Positions 27,495-37,914 of a stretch of DNA of 64,000 nt are shown here, piece by piece; positions within the stretch are counted from its first letter, which is position 1, and every line of letters begins with the position of its first letter. A program made the position numbers and the translations under genes. Below the pieces are notes generated by a model. The model did not search any database. It saw nothing but the letters and a program-made list of their open reading frames with translations, and was not told the DNA's origin. The DNA comes from a bacterium (lineage in GTDB: Bacteria > Hydrothermota > Tepidihabitantia > Tepidihabitantales > Tepidihabitantaceae). The DNA lies in NCBI GenBank assembly GCA_039793395.1, contig JBAMLV010000008.1:10196-74195 (forward strand). The letters run 5' to 3'.

Positions 27495-27926
27495 CGCTCG
27501 TTATTATATCAACCGTCTGCTCCCTGTCAATATCTGCGCCACCAGTCCAATCATCTCCCAAGCAGACCGTCTTCGCCCCGGCGCCAAACCCCGAACTACA
27601 CTAAAAACCCTGCGCACCATTACCCTCAAATCGCTCATCCCGGTCAATACCACCACTACCGCTCCTGTTCTGCCTGCCGCCATTGCCCATTTCACCACCA
27701 GCACCCGCACCTGAACCCCGGCCCGCACAAACCTGAAAACCTCCTGCCCGACCGAACCCGGAACCCGGGTCAAAACCCCGGCCCCAACTCTGAACCGGTC
27801 GGTCCCCCAGACCGTCCCCGGGACAGGCACGGGAAAAAGGACCGAATCTGACAACTGATTAAAATTTAATGTCTTATGAGCATAAGTGCTATACGGCGCA
27901 ACCGGTCCAGCCCGAACAAAAGATGA

Positions 27927-27960
27927 TTGACACATCCGCAGCAGTTTTTATAATCAATTT
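27927..27960 (+). promoter_or_regulatory. Sigma-70 consensus promoter, TTGACA -16- TATAAT, 6 nt before the smpB GTG
   Basis: ttgaca (27927-27932), tataat (27949-27954), caattt, GTG 27961. Confidence 0.55.
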
Positions 27961-28392
27961 GTGAAGGTAGTGGCGACCAACCGCAAGGCTCGGCGCGACT
28001 ATACGATTTATGAGCAACTGGAGGCGGGTATTGTGCTTACCGGCGCGGAGGTGAAATCACTGCGTGAAGGTGGGGCATCACTGGATGGTGGATATGCGGT
28101 GGTTGAAAACGGCGAACTCTTCCTGGTTGATGTCAATATCGCCCCTTACCGCCAGGGGAATATTTTTAACCGCGACCCCAGGCGCCGGCGAAAACTGCTG
28201 GTTCACAAAGACGAAATCCGCCGTCTGTTTGGCAAAACCACCCTGCGCGGCTTCACCCTGATACCGCTCCGGCTGTATTTCAATGACCGGGGAATTGCCA
28301 AGGTGGAACTGGCGCTGTGCAAGGGCAAGAAGGTAATTGACCGCCGGGAAGAACTGAAACGCCGGGCACTAAAACGGGAGGAACAGCTGTGA
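27961..28392 (+). CDS. smpB: SsrA-binding protein SmpB
   Basis: VKVVATNRKARRDYTIYEQLEAGIVLTGAEVKSLREG... is highly characteristic of SmpB. GTG start. Confidence 0.9.
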   Translation: MKVVATNRKARRDYTIYEQLEAGIVLTGAEVKSLREGGASLDGGYAVVENGELFLVDVNIAPYRQGNIFNRDPRRRRKLLVHKDEIRRLFGKTTLRGFTLIPLRLYFNDRGIAKVELALCKGKKVIDRREELKRRALKREEQL

Positions 28393-29804
28393 GGCGATGG
28401 CAACGCTCATCCTCGCATCCCCTCGGACTCACTGCTAACGCCCTGCTCGCACTCTTCACCCTGCTTACTGCCGGCACCCGAAATTATAACGGCATTGACT
28501 ATCTCCCGCTGACCGGCATTGTTGCCCGGTTACACGGCACCTGCTGGCAGGTCCCGGCAACCGAATCGACCCCGGTCCGGTTCATCGCCATCATTCCAGC
28601 TGAGTCCGATTCCTCATCACTGGAATACACATTCATTCCTGACCGTTCGCTGGTAATTCACAACCAGCGCAAACTCCGCCTGCCGATTCCGGCGCGGGTG
28701 GAAAACAACCAGCTCTATCTGCCCGCGGTGGTGGCAGCGGCAATCTTTCCAGAACTGGATGTGCCGGTGCTATCCACCATTGAGACCGACAAAAAGGGCG
28801 ATACCATCCTGGTCCGTTTCCTGCTGGATCCGGTGCAGACAAAGTCCAGCCCGCTGCTCTATTACCCTCAGAAAAACTCCAGCCTGGAATACCGCCTGAC
28901 TCTGGGCTGCCGGATTGACTCCGCCTTCAGCACCCAACTGCGCCTGCTTTCCCTGACCAGCCCCTCAATCTTCAACGGCATCAGACTGGACTCCGGTTCG
29001 GTTGGCACTAACCTGCTCTGCACCTTCCGCCAGCCAACTGCGGAAACGGTCCTGCTCCGTCCCAACGGCGTCGAGCTCCGCATCTATCCCCTGCCGCCGC
29101 GCCGGGTAATGCGAATAATGCTTGACCCGGGCCACGGTGGCAACGACCCGGGTGCGGTTGGCAGGCGGGGCACACAGGAAAAGGACATCGTCCTGGACAT
29201 CGCCCGGCGCATCCGCGACCGGTTAGTAAAAAAGGGGTTTGAAGTGTTCCTCACCCGCGAAGGCGATGAGTATGTATCACTCGCCGAACGGGCAGAAAAA
29301 GCCGCCCGCTCCCAGGCACAAATCTTTATCAGCATTCACGCGAACTCCTCAGAAAACCGTGCCGCCCATGGCCTGGAAACCTATTTCCTGTCCGAAGCCA
29401 AGACCGACTGGGAACGGGCGGTAGCCGCCCGGGAAAACGAGGTGTTTGAGCGCGAACTTACCCACCCCTTCCTTCAAAAAGACGACCCGGTATCATTCAT
29501 CCTTGCCGACCTTGCCCAGCACGAATTTCTCAATGAATCCAGCCAGCTTGCCCTGAGGATTCAGCAGTCCGGACTGGAACTGACCAATGCCAGTGACCGC
29601 GGGGTCCGTCAGGCAAACTTCTATGTCCTGCGCAACATCTTTATGCCAGCGGTGCTGGTGGAGTGCGGATTTCTGAGCAACCGCCAGGAAGAGCAGTACC
29701 TGCGCCGACCCGAACACCGGGAAAAAATTGCCCGGGCAATTGCCGACGGCATCGCCGGCTTTGCCCGTGATTACGAAACCCGGCTCAACGGCAACCAACG
29801 ATGA
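28389..29804 (+). CDS. N-acetylmuramoyl-L-alanine amidase (Amidase_3, AmiC-like with N-terminal AMIN-like region)
   Basis: RIMLDPGHGGNDPGAVGRRGTQEKDIVLDIARRIRDRLVKKGFEVFLTREGDEYVSLAERAEKAARSQAQIFISIHANS. Confidence 0.8.
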   Translation: MRRWQRSSSHPLGLTANALLALFTLLTAGTRNYNGIDYLPLTGIVARLHGTCWQVPATESTPVRFIAIIPAESDSSSLEYTFIPDRSLVIHNQRKLRLPIPARVENNQLYLPAVVAAAIFPELDVPVLSTIETDKKGDTILVRFLLDPVQTKSSPLLYYPQKNSSLEYRLTLGCRIDSAFSTQLRLLSLTSPSIFNGIRLDSGSVGTNLLCTFRQPTAETVLLRPNGVELRIYPLPPRRVMRIMLDPGHGGNDPGAVGRRGTQEKDIVLDIARRIRDRLVKKGFEVFLTREGDEYVSLAERAEKAARSQAQIFISIHANSSENRAAHGLETYFLSEAKTDWERAVAARENEVFERELTHPFLQKDDPVSFILADLAQHEFLNESSQLALRIQQSGLELTNASDRGVRQANFYVLRNIFMPAVLVECGFLSNRQEEQYLRRPEHREKIARAIADGIAGFARDYETRLNGNQR

Positions 29805-30814
29805 ACCTTACCAACACTCCCACCTCACCGCCGGTAGTCCGGTTCCGGCGCATCGCCTCCCAGCGCCTCCAGGGGAAAAGGCTGGATGTGTATCTGGTGC
29901 TCTCCGGACTTGGTGTTTCCCGGACCCGGGCAGCCGCTCTCATTGAGGCCGGTCAAGTACTGGTCAACCACCAGCCGGTCAAACCCAGTTATCGGGTAAA
30001 ACCGGGCGATTTGATTACCGCCGAATTTGAACCCGAGCCGGAAATAACCATTGAACCCGAGCCGATGGAGTTGAACATCGTCTATGAAGATGAGGATGTT
30101 ATCGTCGTTGACAAACCGGCCGGGATGGTGGTCCATCCGGCACGCGGCAACCGCACCGGCACCCTGGTCCAGGGCTTGCTCTATCACTGCCGGACTCTGC
30201 CCCTGCGCCCGGACTCGGTCTTAAGGCCCGGGGTGGTGCATCGCCTGGACAAGGACACCACCGGCTTACTGGTATTTGCCAAAACCGATGCGGCACTGCG
30301 CCACCTTGGTGCCGCGCTTGAACACCGGACTGTCCTGCGGGAATACCTTGCCTTTGCCTGGGGTGATTTTGAACTCAACACCGGCACAATTGACGCCCCG
30401 ATTGGCAGACACTTTCTCGACCGCCAGCGTATGGCCGTAACACCATTCTCGGCGCGGACCGCCATCACTAACTTTGAAGTCCTGCGCCGCTACAATATCT
30501 GCACCTACCTCCGGCTGCGTCTGAAAACCGGCCGCACCCACCAGATTCGGGTCCATCTCCAGCATTTCGGCCATCCGGTTGTCGGTGACCCGGACTACGG
30601 TGGTAGAAGCATCACGGTTATTTCCCGGCGCGAGCATGTGCCGGTCTACAAAGAAATCCTGAGCCGCATCAAACGCCAGGCACTGCATGCGGCGCGCCTG
30701 GGCTTTGTCCATCCCCGAACCAGAAAGTTCCTGGAGTTCACCTCCCCGCTGCCCGCTGATATGGAACAAATCCTGTTCTATCTTGAAGAGTGCATCCGGG
30801 AGCGCAGACTATGA
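29801..30814 (+). CDS. rluD: RluA-family 23S rRNA pseudouridine synthase (RluD-like) with S4 domain
   Basis: S4-like N-terminus, VVDKPAGMVVHPA, HRLDKDTTGLLVFAKT. ATGA overlaps with both neighbouring genes. Confidence 0.8.
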   Translation: MNLTNTPTSPPVVRFRRIASQRLQGKRLDVYLVLSGLGVSRTRAAALIEAGQVLVNHQPVKPSYRVKPGDLITAEFEPEPEITIEPEPMELNIVYEDEDVIVVDKPAGMVVHPARGNRTGTLVQGLLYHCRTLPLRPDSVLRPGVVHRLDKDTTGLLVFAKTDAALRHLGAALEHRTVLREYLAFAWGDFELNTGTIDAPIGRHFLDRQRMAVTPFSARTAITNFEVLRRYNICTYLRLRLKTGRTHQIRVHLQHFGHPVVGDPDYGGRSITVISRREHVPVYKEILSRIKRQALHAARLGFVHPRTRKFLEFTSPLPADMEQILFYLEECIRERRL

Positions 30815-31578
30815 ACCCTCGGGCTGGCTTCGCTTTGCTCGCAATAAACTTACTATCGGCCCTGCTATCCTGCTCCTCAAACACCGCCCCCCTGCCCGAA
30901 CTCACCCCGCCGTCCTGGCAGGATGGCGAAACCTCGGTCTATACCATCCGGCGCAACGACACCCTGCTCTTCCGGCGCACCATTACCATCAGCCTCGATG
31001 AGGAAGCCGGTGAACCAATTGTCATCATCACCAGCGTTGTCCAGTCCGAGTCCACCGATTACTATTTCTTTGACTCCACCTCCTATGCCCTGACCCGTTA
31101 CACCTTAAAACCGCTTGAACTCTACCACACCGTTGCCAGCGAAATCTCCATTTCCGAGGTAGAGGTAATATTTTACCCCGACCAGATCCGGGTTGAGAAA
31201 ACCACCATTGACGGCGCCAGCACAATCACCCTCAAACCGCTACCCGGCACCTATGCCATTGAGATGCTGCCCGCACTCCTGCGCGCAGTTCCGCTTGAGC
31301 CGGCACTCAATTTCACCATCAACGGACTGGTCCCGCTGGAACTGCGCACCCTGCCGGTCCAGGTGAAGGTCCTGGGCACAAAAATGGTCACCACCCCGCA
31401 GGGTGAAATCCTCGGCCGGGAGGTTGAGACCAGAACCCGCAACCGCACCATCCGCTTCGTTTACGAACTTGCCGAACCCCGGCGGCTGATTGCCATCCGC
31501 GACCTCGGCAATTCAACCGAAACAGTGCTGGAAGACTTTTTCATCCGGGAATTAAAGACCCCGCTGCCGACCGATTAA
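30811..31578 (+). CDS. Hypothetical lipoprotein
   Basis: MNPRAGFALLAINLLSALLSCSS lipobox. ATG at 30811 overlaps the rluD stop. The track ORF start at 30790 is less likely. Confidence 0.5.
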   Translation: MNPRAGFALLAINLLSALLSCSSNTAPLPELTPPSWQDGETSVYTIRRNDTLLFRRTITISLDEEAGEPIVIITSVVQSESTDYYFFDSTSYALTRYTLKPLELYHTVASEISISEVEVIFYPDQIRVEKTTIDGASTITLKPLPGTYAIEMLPALLRAVPLEPALNFTINGLVPLELRTLPVQVKVLGTKMVTTPQGEILGREVETRTRNRTIRFVYELAEPRRLIAIRDLGNSTETVLEDFFIRELKTPLPTD

Positions 31579-31647
31579 TCGCCATCTTTTATCATCCCTG
31601 GTCATTACTGGACGCCGCGGTCCTGAGCCGCTCGGGGGCAATGGAAT

Positions 31648-33483
31648 TTACTCAACCGTTACCGATTTGGCAAGGTTGCGGGGTTTGTCAACATCACAAC
31701 CCCGGAGCACCGCAATGTGATAAGCCAAAAGCTGGAGCGGCGGGGCAACCACAATCGGTGAAAGATACTCCGGTGTTTTTGGAATATAAAGCACCGTCTC
31801 GGCAAGCTCGGAGAGCGCCTCATCACCTTCGCTGCCGATGGCAATTATCCGGCCACGCCGGGTCTTTGCCTCGGCGAGATTGGAAATCATCTTGTCATAC
31901 ACCGAATCCCGGGGTGCAATTCCGATTACCGGCACATTTTCGTTAACCAGCGAAATCGGACCATGCTTCATCTCGCCGGCTGGATAACCGGTGGCGTGGA
32001 CATAGGCAATCTCCTTGAGTTTGAGCGCACCTTCCAACGCACTCGGGTAGTTTATCCCCCGGCCTAAAAAGATAAAGTCATGGGCAAATGCCAGTCGGGT
32101 GGCAACCTCCTTAATCCGGCGGTCCAGCCGCAGAATCGTGGTCAACTGCTCGGGCAACCGCTCAACCTCATCCTTGACCTGACGGAACTGCTCTGCCGTT
32201 ATTGTCCGCCGGATTCTGCCAAAGTAGAGCGCCAGCATCAGCAGGGTAAAAATCTGGGCGCTATAAGCCTTGGTTGATGCCACTCCGATTTCGGGACCGG
32301 CGTGGATGTAAACCGTGGAGTCGGCTTCCCGGGCAATTGACGAGCGGTAAACATTAAGCACCCCGAGCGTCCTGATACCCCGAGCCTGCGCCTCCCGCAG
32401 TGCCGCCAGGGTATCCGCAGTCTCACCTGACTGACTGACGGCAATCATCAGTGTCTCATTTTCATAAAGATATTCGGAAGTCCGCAGTTCGGAGCTGATT
32501 TCCACTGTGGTCGGGATCCGGCACAGTTTTTCAAAATAGGAGCGCGCAACCAGTCCGGCATGGTATGAGGTCCCGCATGCCTGAATCACAATCCGGCTGA
32601 TCCTTTCAATCAAATCCGGATAAAGCAGGAACTCCGGGTCAAGCATGACCGTATCGTCCCGGAAGCGCCGGCGAATATTGGCAGCAAGCACTTGTGGCTG
32701 CTCAAAAATCTCCTTGCGCATAAAATGGGGGTATCGGCCTTTAGAAATCTCCTTTGCCCGGATTTCAATCGGCGCAAACTGCCGGCACACCTCGCGGCCA
32801 GCAAAATCCCGGATTTCCACCCCGTTCCGGCTGACCACCGCCAGCTCACCATCCTGCAGCACCAGCATCCGACGGGCAATTCCGACCAGTGCCGGTGCAT
32901 CCGAAGCGATGATGTATTCACCCCGCCCCCGGCCCACGAGCAGCGGTGAGCCCATCTTCACCGCATAAAGCCGGTCCGGCTCATCGGCATTGATAATCAG
33001 CAGCGCATATGCCCCTTTCAACTCTGCCACTGCCCGGCGCAATGCGTTAAGAAAACCCCGGCCGCCTGCCCGTTGATAATGAGTTTCAATCAGATGGACA
33101 ATCACCTCGGTATCGGTTGATGATTGAAACCGGTGACCGGCCGCCTCCAGCCCCTGCCTTAACTCCCGGTAATTCTCAATTATTCCATTATGGACCAGGG
33201 CAATCCTGCCGGTGCAGTCGGTAAACGGATGGGCATTCTCATCCGTCACCTGACCATGGGTTGCCCAGCGCGTATGGCCAATTCCTAATCTGCCTTCAAC
33301 CGGACTGGTCTGCAACAACTCCTTCAGCCGCTGAAGCCGGCCCGCAGTTTTGCGAATCCTGAGCCCGTCGGCGAGCACCGCAATCCCGCAGGAGTCATAC
33401 CCCCGATATTCCAGCCGTTCCAGTCCGACCATAATGACATTGCTTACATTCCGCTCCCCGATGTAACCGACAATCCCGCACAT
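31648..33483 (-). CDS. glmS: Glutamine--fructose-6-phosphate aminotransferase
   Basis: MCGIVGYIG N-terminal Cys amidotransferase. Two SIS domains. 611 aa. Confidence 0.92.
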   Translation of the reverse strand: MCGIVGYIGERNVSNVIMVGLERLEYRGYDSCGIAVLADGLRIRKTAGRLQRLKELLQTSPVEGRLGIGHTRWATHGQVTDENAHPFTDCTGRIALVHNGIIENYRELRQGLEAAGHRFQSSTDTEVIVHLIETHYQRAGGRGFLNALRRAVAELKGAYALLIINADEPDRLYAVKMGSPLLVGRGRGEYIIASDAPALVGIARRMLVLQDGELAVVSRNGVEIRDFAGREVCRQFAPIEIRAKEISKGRYPHFMRKEIFEQPQVLAANIRRRFRDDTVMLDPEFLLYPDLIERISRIVIQACGTSYHAGLVARSYFEKLCRIPTTVEISSELRTSEYLYENETLMIAVSQSGETADTLAALREAQARGIRTLGVLNVYRSSIAREADSTVYIHAGPEIGVASTKAYSAQIFTLLMLALYFGRIRRTITAEQFRQVKDEVERLPEQLTTILRLDRRIKEVATRLAFAHDFIFLGRGINYPSALEGALKLKEIAYVHATGYPAGEMKHGPISLVNENVPVIGIAPRDSVYDKMISNLAEAKTRRGRIIAIGSEGDEALSELAETVLYIPKTPEYLSPIVVAPPLQLLAYHIAVLRGCDVDKPRNLAKSVTVE

Positions 33484-34854
33484 TTAATTTCCCCCGTCTA
33501 AAAACCGCCGCACCCGGTTAACCAGCACTTGCGCCGCTACCCGGCTTTTTGCCTCGGCAACAATCCGGACCACCGGCTCGGTGTTGCTCTGCCGGATATG
33601 AACCCACCAATCTTTACCAGCAAATCTCAGTCCATCCTGCTGGTCAACCGTGAACTCATCATCAAAAATTGCGCCGGCACGATGAAGTAGCCGCTCGGAG
33701 TCAAAAATTGGCGCCGGCAGCACCGTCTTCACTAACTGATATTCCGGCAACTGACGCCGGATTTCCGACAGTCTGCTGGTGGAGGCTAGTGCCAGCACGG
33801 TTGCTGCTGCCACCAGCCCGTCCCGGGTCAGGTTAATCGCCGGCAGAATCACCCCGCCATTACCCTCACCGCCAAGCACCGCCCCGGTTTCCACCAGCCG
33901 CTGCACCACATTCGCCTCGCCGACCCGGGTGCGAAAAGTGCGCACGCCAAATCGGGCGGCAAGGTCATCAATTGCCCGGCTGGTTGACAGATTGACCACC
34001 ACATCGCCCTTCACCCGGGGAAGGATATAAAGCGCAGCCAGGCAGAGGCTCGCCTCTTCGCCCAGCGCCACCCCCTGCTCATCAACACAACTGAACCGGT
34101 CCCCATCCGGGTCAAAGGCAAAACCGGCATCCAGCCGCTGCTTGCGGACCAGTTCACTCAAAGCGGTCAGATTTTCCGGCACCGGCTCCGGGCCCCTGGG
34201 AAACCCGGCTTCCAGCCGTTCAGTTGAGCAGAAAATCGGCACCGGCTCCGCACCAAATGCCCGCACCAGTTCACACGCCGCAATGGACATCGCCCCGTTC
34301 ACCGCATCAATCCCAATCCGCAGCCCCTGACCGTTCACATTGGCAAACAGCCAGTTTCCCCGGATGGCGGCAATGTGGCGCTCAATCGCCGCGCCAACAT
34401 CACTGTGCTGGGCGGGGCGAAGCCCGGAGGCGATCGCTTCGACACTGCGTGCCTCGCAATCACGAATAAGCCGGCTCAGCTCTGCCACCTCATCGGCAAA
34501 TAGAAAACGGCCATTAGGATGGATTAGTTTCAAACCGTTCCACTGAATCGGATTGTGACTGGCGGTAATTACAATTCCGGCCCGGACATCGCCGGTAGTG
34601 CGCACAAAATGAACTACCGTCGGCGTCGGCACAACCCCCAGTTGAGTAACCTCACCGCCATACTGGCGGACCGCACCACTGACAATTGCATTCAACTCCG
34701 GGCCCGAAGGCCGGGCATCCCTGCCCACCACATATCTGCCCGGACCAAATAGCCGCAGGAAAGCCGCAATCACCCGGCTAACCGTCTCCGCATTGAGGCT
34801 TTCTCCAAAAACGCCCCGCAGACCGGACACGGAAAAAATCGGTGCTGGCATCAA
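33484..34854 (-). CDS. glmM: Phosphoglucosamine mutase (phosphohexomutase family)
   Basis: GIVITASHNP active-site Ser loop. Immediately upstream of glmS. Confidence 0.8.
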   Translation of the reverse strand: MMPAPIFSVSGLRGVFGESLNAETVSRVIAAFLRLFGPGRYVVGRDARPSGPELNAIVSGAVRQYGGEVTQLGVVPTPTVVHFVRTTGDVRAGIVITASHNPIQWNGLKLIHPNGRFLFADEVAELSRLIRDCEARSVEAIASGLRPAQHSDVGAAIERHIAAIRGNWLFANVNGQGLRIGIDAVNGAMSIAACELVRAFGAEPVPIFCSTERLEAGFPRGPEPVPENLTALSELVRKQRLDAGFAFDPDGDRFSCVDEQGVALGEEASLCLAALYILPRVKGDVVVNLSTSRAIDDLAARFGVRTFRTRVGEANVVQRLVETGAVLGGEGNGGVILPAINLTRDGLVAAATVLALASTSRLSEIRRQLPEYQLVKTVLPAPIFDSERLLHRAGAIFDDEFTVDQQDGLRFAGKDWWVHIRQSNTEPVVRIVAEAKSRVAAQVLVNRVRRFLDGGN

Positions 34855-34944
34855 ACTTTATTATACCCATCGGTTAGTCCAGGTCAACCGCCCGAACCTC
34901 TCTCCGCCAGGTTACGAGCGAACGCAGCAAACTCCAGGCGGCAA

Positions 34945-34980
34945 GGATTGCTTCGGCACTGCGTGCCGCGCAATGACGAG
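34945..34980. repeat. Copy of the dispersed palindromic repeat (GGATTGCTTCGGCACTGCGTGCCGCGCAATGACGAG)
   Basis: Same GATTGCTTCGGC...CGCAATGAC core. In the divergent glmM/tldD intergenic region. Confidence 0.65.
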
Positions 34981-35049
34981 AATAAGGCATTACTTGCCCG
35001 GACGATTTATTGTGGTATTATTGTTTAATAAACTGAACAGGAGGTAGCA

Positions 35050-36528
35050 ATGAATATCAACCACCTGGAAAATATTATGCGCCGCGAGCTGGACCGGATG
35101 CTAACGGCTAACTGCAGTTTTGCCGACGCCCGCTTCTATTTAGAAGACCTTACCGAAAGGCTGGTGCTCTACGACGGCAACCTGGAGGTGAACTATCAGC
35201 AGTTCGAGCGGGGCATCGGGGTCCGGGTAATCAAAAGCGGTGCAGTGGGATTTGCCGCCACCGCCGACCTTAATGCCATTCCTGCCTGCTTTCAGCGGGC
35301 ACTGGACAATGCCGAAGCCGCGGCCCAACTGCTCGGTTTTCCCAAGGATATGGGGAATGCCAAACCGATCCGGGGGACTTATCAGCCCCGTTTTGAACGC
35401 GACCCCTTTGCAGTGCCCCTGCCGGAAAAACTGGCCCTACTGAAGCGGGTTGATGACCAACTCCGGGACAACACCGTTGAACACCGAATGGTCTCTGCCC
35501 ATTTTCAGAAACGCCGGATATTTTACTTTAACAGCGAAGGAACCGAAATTGAACGCTGGGTGCTGAACACCTTTGCCAATATGACGGTAATGGCACGCGA
35601 CCGTGAAGGCAAGGCACAGCGCCGGAGTTATGAACTGGACTCGGATGGCACCGGCAGCCGGGGCTTTGAGTGGCTTGCCCGACCGGACGCCTTTTCTATT
35701 CATGCCGAACGGGTGAAAAAGGAACTGAGCGAAATTGTCGCCGCCGAAACCCTGCCGCCGAAGCGCCGGGATGTCATCCTGTTACCCGGCCAGGGCCATC
35801 TCCAGGTCCACGAAACCATCGGCCACCCGCTGGAACTGGACCGGATTCTCGGCTATGAACTTTCCTTTGCCGGCGGCTCCCATGTGAAACCGGAAATGAT
35901 TGGGTCACTGCGTTACGGCAGTGACAAACTGAATGCCAAGGTGATGCTGGTTGAAAATTCACCCGGCACATTTGGCTACGACGACGAAGGCACACCCCAG
36001 CACGAGTACTACCTGATTAAAAACGGCATTCTCGTCAATGTCCTCTGCTGCCGGCTTGACCTCGCCGAAGCCAATGCCAAAGCCGGCAAAACCGTAGTCC
36101 AGACATCCGGGGCATCAGCCCGGGCAGCCGGTTTTTACAAAACACCGATTGACCGGATGACCAATGTCTGCGTGGAATGGGGCAGTGACGGCACCCTGGA
36201 GGACATCATCCGGGCAACCGAAGATGGGGTAATTCTTGATATGCCGGTCTCCTGGTCAATCGGCTCCAACCGGGAACACTTCCATTTCGGCTGCGAAATC
36301 GCCTGGGAGGTCCGGGACGGCAGAATCACCCGGGTCTACAAAAATCCCACCTACCAGGGCCACACGCTTGAGTTCTACCACTCCCTGGATATGGTCGGCG
36401 ACCGCTCAACCTGGCGCCTGTTCCAGGTGGCAAACTGCGGCAAGGGTGAACCGAACCAAATTATGGAGGTCGGGCATGGTGTGCCGGTAATGCGCTTTCG
36501 CAATGTAATTACCGGTGAAGGGAGGTAA
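35050..36528 (+). CDS. tldD: TldD/PmbA-family metalloprotease (TldD-like)
   Basis: AGGAGG Shine-Dalgarno upstream. TldD-like C-terminus (GHGVPVMRFRNV). 492 aa. Confidence 0.75.
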   Translation: MNINHLENIMRRELDRMLTANCSFADARFYLEDLTERLVLYDGNLEVNYQQFERGIGVRVIKSGAVGFAATADLNAIPACFQRALDNAEAAAQLLGFPKDMGNAKPIRGTYQPRFERDPFAVPLPEKLALLKRVDDQLRDNTVEHRMVSAHFQKRRIFYFNSEGTEIERWVLNTFANMTVMARDREGKAQRRSYELDSDGTGSRGFEWLARPDAFSIHAERVKKELSEIVAAETLPPKRRDVILLPGQGHLQVHETIGHPLELDRILGYELSFAGGSHVKPEMIGSLRYGSDKLNAKVMLVENSPGTFGYDDEGTPQHEYYLIKNGILVNVLCCRLDLAEANAKAGKTVVQTSGASARAAGFYKTPIDRMTNVCVEWGSDGTLEDIIRATEDGVILDMPVSWSIGSNREHFHFGCEIAWEVRDGRITRVYKNPTYQGHTLEFYHSLDMVGDRSTWRLFQVANCGKGEPNQIMEVGHGVPVMRFRNVITGEGR

Positions 36529-37909
36529 AATGCTGGAAGATCGGATCCGCAGCCTACTGCTTGAAGCAAGGGATTATGCCCGTAAAAACGGTTTGAACGT
36601 CGAGTTTTCATTTCACCGTGAGCGCTCCAGCCTGATCCGGCTTGGCAACTCGGCAATCGCCCTTTCCACCAGCGAGGAACTCTCCCGGCTTGATGTCACG
36701 GTGCAGGAAGGGCGCCGCGTCGGTTCCTGGACCATCACCGCCGACATCACCAGCCTGGACCAGCTGAAAACAGCACTCAACCGCGCCGCAGAAAACTGCC
36801 GCCACTCGTTTGCGCGGGACTACGACCCGATTTTTGGTCAGGTGCAGGAACCGGTTGACGACCTCACCGGCTTTGACCCGGAGCTGGAGACGCTTTCCCC
36901 GGGTGTCAAGGCGGAACTGTGTGCCCGGGTCATCAACACCCTGAAACCCCGCGGCAACTACGACTTCTCCGGCTCCTGGACCAGCGGCGCCACCGAGATG
37001 TACTACATTACCACCGCCAATGATAACGAAGCCTATCGCAAACTGACCGATGGCCGACTGGTAATTGTCCTGAAGGAACGGTTGAAGAAATGGGAACTGG
37101 CAGTGGAAAAGAGCCAGAAACGGGCAGATGAATTTTCTGCCGATGAGATCATTCAAGAGTTTGAAACCCTGCTTTCGATTTACGAGCAAACTCCGGGCCA
37201 CAAAACCACGCTCGGCAACCAGCGGGTGCTGTTCGGACCCCAGGCGATTGCCCAGCTGGTCATCCTCTCCATCTGGGGCGGATTTTTCGGCCGGAGTTAT
37301 GAAGAAGGCAGGGCATTTACCTCCAAAAACCGGTTCGGCGACAAACTGTTCTCCGACCTGATAACCATCATTGACGACCCCACCAATCCCGATGTCTTCC
37401 AGATGCCCTTTGACTTCAACGGGAAGCGCCGCCGTCCCTTCCCGCTCGTGGAAAAGGGCATCTTCCGTAATGTCTGCTACGACTCCCAGACCGCCGCAAA
37501 ATACCGAAAGAACCCGACCGGCCACGACCTCAACAACTGGGACCTGGTCCTGGCACCGGGCACCGGACCGGCAGAACCTGCCGCCGCGCTGGAACTTGCC
37601 GGCGATGCCCTCTACATCCCTCACCTCCACTATATCCATATGCCCGACCCGACCCGGGGCATCTTCACCGGCTCCTCCCGCTTCAACGCCCTGCTCATCC
37701 GCAATGGCAAACCGGTAGCCCCACTCTTCTCATCTCGGATAACCGATTCCATCCTCAATGTCTTCAATAATGTCATCGCGCTTGCCTCAGCCTCGGTTGC
37801 GCAGAATGAAACCTCAACCTATGAACGGCGGAGCCCGGAAGCCCTCAGCGTTCCCCGCTGGCTCCTCTGTGACCAGGTCCGGATTTCGGATGTAGCCGAC
37901 AGTTTCTGA
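36515..37909 (+). CDS. pmbA: TldD/PmbA-family protein (PmbA/TldE-like partner)
   Basis: Paralogous TldD/PmbA fold. Overlaps the tldD end. Confidence 0.7.
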   Translation: MKGGKMLEDRIRSLLLEARDYARKNGLNVEFSFHRERSSLIRLGNSAIALSTSEELSRLDVTVQEGRRVGSWTITADITSLDQLKTALNRAAENCRHSFARDYDPIFGQVQEPVDDLTGFDPELETLSPGVKAELCARVINTLKPRGNYDFSGSWTSGATEMYYITTANDNEAYRKLTDGRLVIVLKERLKKWELAVEKSQKRADEFSADEIIQEFETLLSIYEQTPGHKTTLGNQRVLFGPQAIAQLVILSIWGGFFGRSYEEGRAFTSKNRFGDKLFSDLITIIDDPTNPDVFQMPFDFNGKRRRPFPLVEKGIFRNVCYDSQTAAKYRKNPTGHDLNNWDLVLAPGTGPAEPAAALELAGDALYIPHLHYIHMPDPTRGIFTGSSRFNALLIRNGKPVAPLFSSRITDSILNVFNNVIALASASVAQNETSTYERRSPEALSVPRWLLCDQVRISDVADSF

Positions 37910-37914
37910 ACGGC

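Noticed and set aside
22655-27714. Many plus-strand and minus-strand ORFs (e.g. 24576..25415, 279 aa; 25443..25928; 26527..26937) inside or antisense to the 1,780-aa regulator gene.
   Set aside because: Pro/Gln/His-rich low-complexity products of the GC-rich antisense frames, with no motifs. The long sense ORF has coherent domain structure.
27495-27960. tmRNA (ssrA) next to smpB.
   Set aside because: No tRNA-like acceptor/T-arm or tag-peptide reading frame recognisable. The region is C-rich low-complexity sequence plus the smpB promoter.
34855-35049. Possible glmS ribozyme, and a lysine riboswitch upstream of the dapL-like gene (53572-53761).
   Set aside because: The glmS-upstream position is occupied by glmM with no gap. 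Both regions consist mainly of the dispersed repeat and lack the conserved riboswitch cores.
36608-37639. 343-aa minus-strand ORF.
   Set aside because: Antisense to the TldD/PmbA-family gene.
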